This document shows, piece after piece, positions 57,201-64,000 of a DNA stretch of 64,000 bases; the first letter of the stretch is position 1, and each line of letters opens with the position of its first letter. The notes below the pieces were generated by a model. The model saw only the letters and a list, made by a program, of their open reading frames with translations. It did not search any database and had not been told where the DNA came from. Source of the DNA: Eukaryota sp. TZLM1-RC (Eukaryota > Protista > Metamonada: BaSk clade); assembly GCA_040285825.1 (NCBI GenBank), contig JAUPSS010000003.1, positions 1,612,001-1,676,000 on the forward strand, written 5' to 3'. The translations under genes and the position numbers were made by a program.

Positions 57201-58535
57201 ATGCTCGATATTTGGCTTTTCCGTGATGATAAAGGTGGCAATTCTGAGGCTGTTCGTGAAAGCCAACGTCGTCGTTTTGCTGATGTTTCCCTTGTCGATC
57301 AGGTCATAGAAAAGGATAAGGAATGGCGTGAATCTGTTGTCCGACGCGAAAAACTGCGCGCAGAGCTTAATGCTACTTCAAAGCAGATCGGTAAACTTCG
57401 CAAAGCTGGTGGAGACGATACTGAACTTCGAGCTTCAACAGTTAGAATTAAGCAAGAAATTGCAGCTATTGATGAACGTGAGGCTTCTCTTCTTGTAGAA
57501 CGTGACGATGTTCTTAAAACCATCGGTAACATTGTTGAACCCCAGGTCTGCACTTCCAACAACGAGGATCAAAACCGTGTCATTTCTCAATATGAACCCC
57601 AAACTCCCCCTGATCATCCTGCCAAATACAGTCATGTTGACCTCCTTGTTATGATTGGAGGTGCTGATTATGAACGCGGAAGCAAGGTTGGAGGTAGTCG
57701 TTCATATTTCCTCACTGGACCTGGTATTAGACTTAACCTTGCCCTCACCATGTTTGGTCTCAATTTCCTTTCTGAGCGTGGTTATTTACCATGTCAAACA
57801 CCCTATATGGTCAAACCCGAAGTAATGGCCGCCACTGCCCAACTATCAGATTTCGATGAACAGTTGTATAATGTTGGAAGTGGAAAAGATTTGAAATATC
57901 TCATAGCTACATCAGAACAGCCATTATCTGGACTTCATATGGGAGAATGGCTAGGTCCCAGTGAACTTCCCAAGAAGTATGCTGGCTATAGTACTTGTTT
58001 CCGTAAAGAAGCTGGTACACATGGACGAGATACATTGGGTATCTTTAGGACACATCAATTCGAAAAGGTTGAACAATTTTGTGTTGTTTCCCCTGAAAAA
58101 TCCACTGAAATGTTCTTAGAAATGATTGGTAATGCCAAGGAATTTTTACAACAACTTGAGGTTCCTTTTAGGGAAGTCGAAATTGTCTCTGGAGCTCTCA
58201 ATAATGCTGCAGCTGTTAAGCATGATGTAGAGGGTTTCTTTAGGCATTCACAAGTTTATCGAGAGCTGGTTTCTTGTTCTAACTGTACTGACTACCAGTC
58301 TCGACGCCTTGACATCAGGTATCGTGCTGCTGGCAAATCAGGATCCCAAAAGGGACAAGAAAAGCAATACTGTCACTTGCTTAACTCAACTCTTACTGCT
58401 GTAGGTAGAACTTTGTGTTGCTTGTTGGAACATTATCAAACTCCTGATGGTATTGAAGTACCAAAAGCTCTTGTACCTTATTTTGGTGGTGATTTTATTC
58501 CTTTTGTCAATCCTGCTCCCTGTGACCGCAAGTAG
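57201..58535 (+). CDS. SARS1: Cytosolic seryl-tRNA synthetase
   Basis: MLDIWLFR.DKGG start, YLIATSEQP, CFRKEAG.HGRD..GIFR.HQFEKVE, ELVSCSNCTDYQSRRL, HLLNST. Confidence 0.97.
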   Translation: MLDIWLFRDDKGGNSEAVRESQRRRFADVSLVDQVIEKDKEWRESVVRREKLRAELNATSKQIGKLRKAGGDDTELRASTVRIKQEIAAIDEREASLLVERDDVLKTIGNIVEPQVCTSNNEDQNRVISQYEPQTPPDHPAKYSHVDLLVMIGGADYERGSKVGGSRSYFLTGPGIRLNLALTMFGLNFLSERGYLPCQTPYMVKPEVMAATAQLSDFDEQLYNVGSGKDLKYLIATSEQPLSGLHMGEWLGPSELPKKYAGYSTCFRKEAGTHGRDTLGIFRTHQFEKVEQFCVVSPEKSTEMFLEMIGNAKEFLQQLEVPFREVEIVSGALNNAAAVKHDVEGFFRHSQVYRELVSCSNCTDYQSRRLDIRYRAAGKSGSQKGQEKQYCHLLNSTLTAVGRTLCCLLEHYQTPDGIEVPKALVPYFGGDFIPFVNPAPCDRK

Positions 58536-59227
58536 TTTTTAGTTTAGCGTAATTTTAAGTATAAATTGAAGTTATTTCATCACTTTCTGAGTTTTTGGGT
58601 TTGGATTTCGCTTATACATTTTGTGGGGTTTGTTGACAGTGTATGCATTGGTAATTCGTCTCTGGCAATACATCTATTACTATTTCATTGTGCACAACAA
58701 AGTCAACTCCCTGTTAGTCCTTTCCCCCAGCTGCTACATTTTTCTTTCTTTGCTTTGCGGCAACAGTCTTTGCTAACTCTAGCCCACATAGTTGTGTTGG
58801 TAATTATGTAATTGTTCATGTTCATAGTTCTTTCCTTTGGAACAGTTTCTGAATATGTTGCAAAAAAGTTCAGTGCTTCAAATCAGATGATTCAGGAAAT
58901 CTTATGCTAAAGAATTCAACTTCCCCCTAAAAGTAGTAAAACTGGTTGAATTCCCACTGAACTGGGGTAGGATGATGGTTTTATTTGTTTTTTAGTTGCA
59001 TTAATTTTTGTTGAGTATTTAAGTAAAATAAAAAAAGTACAATTCTGTTTAAAGTTTCAACCATTTAGCGTTCTGTAAAGTCCACATATTTGAATCAAGA
59101 GATGATCTCAAACAAAATCATTTGATACTAAAAGATGCAGACAAATGTGTTCTTTTGTTATTGTTAGAATAAGATTTCATGTTCAATACAAATTCGTAGT
59201 ACAAAAATAGGTCTTCCATGATGTGCT

Positions 59228-61123
59228 ATGTCTGAAACTTTGGTTCTTCCTCCATGTATCCATTGCTTATCTGCTCTTCGTAAAGTCGACAGTAAATACA
59301 TCCATTCACCAAGTTCAGTTCCAATAACTGACACAATAAAGTCAAAGGTTCATCCAGACCAAGCAATAGAACTTATTTCCTCCCACAAGTCCATACTCTT
59401 TCCTTCTGAATCACATTGTTGTCTTTTAAATGTTCTTTCCAATTTGAATAATGTAACAGTAGGTCAATTCCTCTGTGACTTGACCACTCCCTTCCTCACC
59501 AATGTGTCCGTCCTTGAACCATTAATCATCACTGGTGTTGCAAAGGCCGTGCACCAAAACTCCCACATATCCATTCACAAACAAGAATTCGGACTCACTA
59601 TTTCTGTCATTGCGGCTATCTTTCAGGCAATCTATATCTATCCTAATCAACTAGTTTGGTTCCTGGCCACAGAGTATAGTGAATTATCCAAAATTGAAGA
59701 ATTGTTCACTCAATTAGGGTGTACCTTGCCAGCATTATTTACAGTGACAGCTGATCTGTTGCTTTGGTCTAGAATTAGTGATTATAAATTTATAATCACT
59801 ACACCCAAAGTAGTTTTTCATTTGCTTTCTTCTGTAATTCCTAGTTCATTACTGAATGTTAGTGAAGCGGAAACCAATCATTTTGATTATGATCAATGGG
59901 AAGATTGTTATAATCTTTCAAATTCAATTACACAGACAAGTAAGTTTTTCAATTTAACAAGCTCCATTGTTTTCACAAATGCTCATAGCTTGCTTATTGA
60001 TCACACTTGCTTGTCTTTGATTTATACATTTATTAAAACTACCAGATCCCCTAAATCATTAATTAAGATCCCAATATATACAGCAATCAGTCCTTTAAAT
60101 TCAATTGGACATCCAAAATCATTTAATTTTGTACATTTGCAGATGTTGACTTTGGGTATAGATAATGTAGTCACAAATCCACCAGAGGATTATTATTCAG
60201 TTGCCGATGGTAAAGTGCAAAGGGTTAAAATCACTTCACGTGAGTTTCCGGTCGAGACAGTCAGAAACTTTCTCTTTGGAGGGGAGGGAAACCTGGAAAT
60301 CCTTACTGTTTTTTATCTTACTTCGCTTCGTTGTTGTTTGCATTGTCTCTACAGGTTTGTTAGGGTTGACCTTGAAGCAGTTGTCAAGGACCCCAATTTT
60401 TTAACATATCTACAGTGGAGATCATGGCTTTTTAATACAAGATCAACTGTTGGTCGATTGGATTCTCTTAGGTGGAATTATTTTATGTTGTTGAGGAATA
60501 TTTTATTTGCCTTCGTGGATCATTTTACAGAATTGCACCCAAGAAATGATTACAATCACAGATTGCGATGTTTGTCTTACTTGGCGGGATTTTCGAATTT
60601 AAAATTTCTAAATAAGTATTTTGCTAATCAAATTTTCTTCAAACTGCCTTCAATTGTTCAAGATTTGCTGTATTTGCTGACAAGTGTCAATCATAATAAA
60701 GATCATGACGACCCATTACTGAATTTTCAAAGATTTCCTAGTTTTTCAACTGATTTATCTTGTTTATCATGGTTAATTAGCTACTTGGATGATATTTTCG
60801 ACTACATTGGTACTAAAAGGCCGTTTGTAGTCATTCAAACCAACTCTCCTCTGTCAGCATGTCTTTTTCCCTTAATTCTGGAGCAAATTCCTTCTTTTTC
60901 GGACGTTAAAGCAGCTGGTTGTGGTGATCCTCAAGTTTTTCCTAGAAAAGTTTCGTCAAGGGTATTTGACATGGTCCACAGTGGTTTGGTGGATGTCTGG
61001 TTTTACTATGGAACCCCTGAACGTCCTCTTTTCAAACACATAACCACTCTGATTCAGTTAGCCAATGATGGGCAGGCGCGGATGAGATTTGTTGCAGATG
61101 AATATGTGTTGTTTGAGGTTTGA
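59228..61123 (+). CDS. Hypothetical protein, possibly a catalytically dead RIG-I/Dicer/Hef-type SF2 helicase
   Basis: Intact 631-aa ORF with helicase-like spacing of VWFLA (Ia), FIITTPKVV (Ib), IVFTNAH (in place of DExH), RPFVVIQTN (IV) and HSGLVDVWF (V). No Walker A GKT. Confidence 0.45.
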   Translation: MSETLVLPPCIHCLSALRKVDSKYIHSPSSVPITDTIKSKVHPDQAIELISSHKSILFPSESHCCLLNVLSNLNNVTVGQFLCDLTTPFLTNVSVLEPLIITGVAKAVHQNSHISIHKQEFGLTISVIAAIFQAIYIYPNQLVWFLATEYSELSKIEELFTQLGCTLPALFTVTADLLLWSRISDYKFIITTPKVVFHLLSSVIPSSLLNVSEAETNHFDYDQWEDCYNLSNSITQTSKFFNLTSSIVFTNAHSLLIDHTCLSLIYTFIKTTRSPKSLIKIPIYTAISPLNSIGHPKSFNFVHLQMLTLGIDNVVTNPPEDYYSVADGKVQRVKITSREFPVETVRNFLFGGEGNLEILTVFYLTSLRCCLHCLYRFVRVDLEAVVKDPNFLTYLQWRSWLFNTRSTVGRLDSLRWNYFMLLRNILFAFVDHFTELHPRNDYNHRLRCLSYLAGFSNLKFLNKYFANQIFFKLPSIVQDLLYLLTSVNHNKDHDDPLLNFQRFPSFSTDLSCLSWLISYLDDIFDYIGTKRPFVVIQTNSPLSACLFPLILEQIPSFSDVKAAGCGDPQVFPRKVSSRVFDMVHSGLVDVWFYYGTPERPLFKHITTLIQLANDGQARMRFVADEYVLFEV

Positions 61124-61494
61124 CCAGATTTCGAAGGTATTGCGTATTAGATAAAGTATTTCTTCCAGTAACCATTTAACCCGTATTTTCGTGAGGGTGC
61201 GGCCCTGCAGTTTATTTTTTTAGTTTACTTTTATGCGGATAATGCCACAAATCTGGTTTTACTTTTGTGTTTCTTATAACCATTTTTTATCATTAAACAA
61301 CATAGTGCCACAGAAGCATTATTCGAAAGTTTAATAAATAAAGTCTCTCATATAACGTCAGGTTGTTACTATACCAACATTTACGATGATTTAAAACCTA
61401 ACTGATTGGTAGAATGTAGAATCCTAACACTAAAACTAAAGTTACACTTTGCTGCCATTGCTCCCCTCCCTTGATTTCTCTTTTGTTAAAATCA

Positions 61495-64000
61495 ATGAGC
61501 CAAGATGCCCTCAGAAGGGCTGAGCTCAGTCCAGAGGTTGCAAACTTCTATGATTCTCTCTTTGATAATACTTTAGTTATAAAGCAGCAGCTGAATGTGC
61601 CCCCTGAAGGACTTCAGCTGGAATATAAATCATATAATGCCGGTCGATATAGTATGAGTGCAATGATCGATGACTTCACTCGATATGGCATAGGCTTCCT
61701 CAACGCTTCGGGTGGTCTCCTCATTGGGGGTATTTCCGAAGAAGGTCTCTCTAGTTCTGGTGCATGTTCTCTGGATGGAGTGTCTCTCTCTCCAAAGGAT
61801 TTGGATCGTCTCCACAATACCTTTGCTAATCGTCTCTCGCAAATCAGGCCCGTCCACGTGACTCTAGACCACCATCTTACTATCGAGGCCATTCAACTAC
61901 ATTCCGATGACACCATATCGAAAGAGGAGGACTCTGATGAGGTTCTGTTTGGCCAAGGGGCCTATTACAGATATCTCATCATCCTTAATGTTGCATATTG
62001 CAACACTTCCTCCATACCATTCAACCACCTATCCGTCGTGTACGAAAGGAATGGACCGACACTAACGACAACGTCCTACGGAGATTATCTTCGTTGCCAG
62101 AACTTTGATAAAAGGTATGTTATTCAACAGGATAATAAAGTTCATTCAGTAGACTATGGTCGATGGCTGAGTGATAAAGCTTATAGATCACGTCAACAAG
62201 GTCAAAAAAGGGGTCAGAATCGCCAAGACCCGTATTCGTTACCTATTCATTCTAAAAAAGATGAAATTATTCAAGCATTAAAGTCTAGCAGAATTGTTAC
62301 TATTTCTGCTGAAACTGGTTCTGGTATGTTTTGGTACTGTGGGATTGGTTTAAATGCAATTATTTGAATTAAATGTTGTTAATTCAACAAAACTTTTGTT
62401 TTGATCAAACATTTAGTTTTCTTTCCCTTTTTTCTTTCAATAGACAAACTAACCATAGGAAAATCAACCCAACTAGCCAAAATGATTCTTGACGATGCCG
62501 CTGAATCCAATGTCCCTCTTCCCCATATAGTCGTCTCCCAACAGCGAAGAGTTCCTTGCTACACTCTAGCTAGGAGAGTTTCCAACGAATGGGGATTGTT
62601 TTTCCCTTCTCTAATAGGGTATCATATCGGAGGGGATGCTTGTTTCACTCATGACTGTAGAATTAAATTTGTTACGAATGGGGTGTGTCAGGGTCTTTTA
62701 AAGTCAATTTTGAGCGATCAAAATGGAAGCAATCAGATTGATGTTTTGATTTTTGATGAGGTTCATAATCGTGACGTTGATGGTGAACTTTGTTTGACTT
62801 TGTGTAAGTTTCTATTGGCGAAAAAACCATCTTTAAGAATTGTGTTAATGTCTGCAACTCTTCCAACAAATAATTTGGCAGAGTTATATGCAGACCAATA
62901 CGTTCCAATCACCCAAATTGACCATTTCCCTTACCCTAACTCTAACCCTGACCCTACGGCGTTGGACTCTGAGGAGATGCAATTAGGAAGGTTTTATTCC
63001 AATATTCCTTCTCGTTTGCATACAAGTGTAGAAGTTCCTGGCCGAAGGTTTGAAATTTTCAGGTATTATTTGGATGATGCACCAGTCAAGCGATATTTCA
63101 CCTATGAAAATATGGATTTCAAACCTTTTTCAGACGCTTCTGCCCCTGTTCGCTGTAATTTTGATATCCGTAAGCAGATACCTGCTTTTGTAGAGGACAT
63201 TATCAAGAAACAACTATTTTCTCGACACTTCCATAAAGTCAATGGAATTCTGATCTTTTTACCTGGGCTGGGTAACATTAATGAGCTTGCAGATGCCTTT
63301 GCCACGTCACCAATCGCTGGCAAAATTGATGTTTGCATGCTTCACTCCAGTTTGTCTTCGGAAGATAATGAAAAGGCCTTAAAGCCTAAATCAAAAAGTA
63401 GAAGAAACAGAGTAAAGGTTATTTTAGCAACCAATATCGCAGAGTCTTCGCTTACAATTCCTGACATTAATATCGTAATCGACACGTGTGTTCATAAGGA
63501 AGTTTGGTATAAAGAAGCTGAGCGGAACGACATTCTAGTGGAAACCTGGGCGTCGAGACAGTTATTAACTCAACGTGAGGGTCGGGTCGGAAGGTTGGGT
63601 CCTGGGGTAGTGGTTAGAATGATTCCAAAAAATTTTTATGACAACTGTTTACTTTTGGAAAGTAAACCTATGACTTTGAGAGTTTCGCTAACACGATTAG
63701 TATTGAGTTGCTTAAATATAGGGGTAATTGAGCCTGATCAGCTACTACAATCCTTGCCTGCACCCCCTAATCTAAATCGTGTTTCGCAAGCTTATAATGT
63801 TTTAATTAGGGAAGGGGTTATTGTCAATCAAAATCCTATCCCTAACCCTAACCGCAACTCTCACACACTTTCCCCAATGGGAAGAGTTGTTTTATCAGTA
63901 CCTTTGTCAATTAAGGCAGCTAAAATGGCCTTTTATGGCTGTTGTTTGGGGTTGGGTGAATACGCCATCATTGCTGCTTGTATATCTGACCGAAAGAGTC
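61495..64000 (+). CDS. Schlafen/AlbA_2 domain fused to a DEAH/RHA-family DEVH helicase (Spindle-E/TDRD9/DExH8-like); partial, continues past the window
   Basis: Exon 1 (61495-62323) has PEGLQLEYKS, GFLNASGGLLIGGISEEG, VYERNG. Intron 62324-62458 splits the Walker A motif (AETGSG|KSTQ). Exon 2 is open to 64000: LIGYHIG, FDEVH, LMSAT, LIFLPG, LHS, ILATNIAESSLTIPD, QREGRVGR, HA2 domain (LSPMGRVVLSVPL). Confidence 0.9.

Noticed and set aside
62930-63855. CCCTAA-like telomeric repeats at about 62933-62955 and 63838-63852
   Set aside because: They are short, imperfect and in frame within the helicase exon, encoding Pro-Asn repeats.

Overview
AT-rich eukaryotic nuclear DNA in the standard genetic code, from a flagellated protist (axonemal p28, AK7 and CCDC15-like genes). 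The compact genes and tiny introns are compatible with a metamonad, but the sequence alone cannot prove this. About 19 host genes sit in transposon debris: at least five families of decayed RLE-type non-LTR retrotransposons, three Ty3/Gypsy-type LTR elements (two with clear LTRs and 4-bp TSDs, nested in the non-LTR copies), and remnants of a Fanzor (eukaryotic TnpB) element. The ORF track misses or mis-annotates several genes because of 28-35 nt introns (RPL17, RPL13A, p28, an integrin-beta-like gene) or because the gene runs off the window (a DExH helicase). Main observations: (1) the 3' terminal segment of the Fanzor element, where an omegaRNA scaffold is expected, ends exactly at the ATG of three unrelated host genes (SEC15, CSN5, a Tup1-like WD40 gene) with identical spacing; (2) a Schlafen/AlbA_2 nuclease domain is fused to a Spindle-E/TDRD9-like DEVH helicase, next to a degenerate RIG-I/Dicer/Hef-type pseudo-helicase; (3) a single-chain triple purine nucleoside phosphorylase; (4) two LTR families share a non-tRNA-like U5/PBS motif; (5) all nine introns have an A at -7; (6) a stand-alone box C/D snoRNA targeting LSU helix 69. 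All family assignments are by-eye motif recognition; no searches were run.
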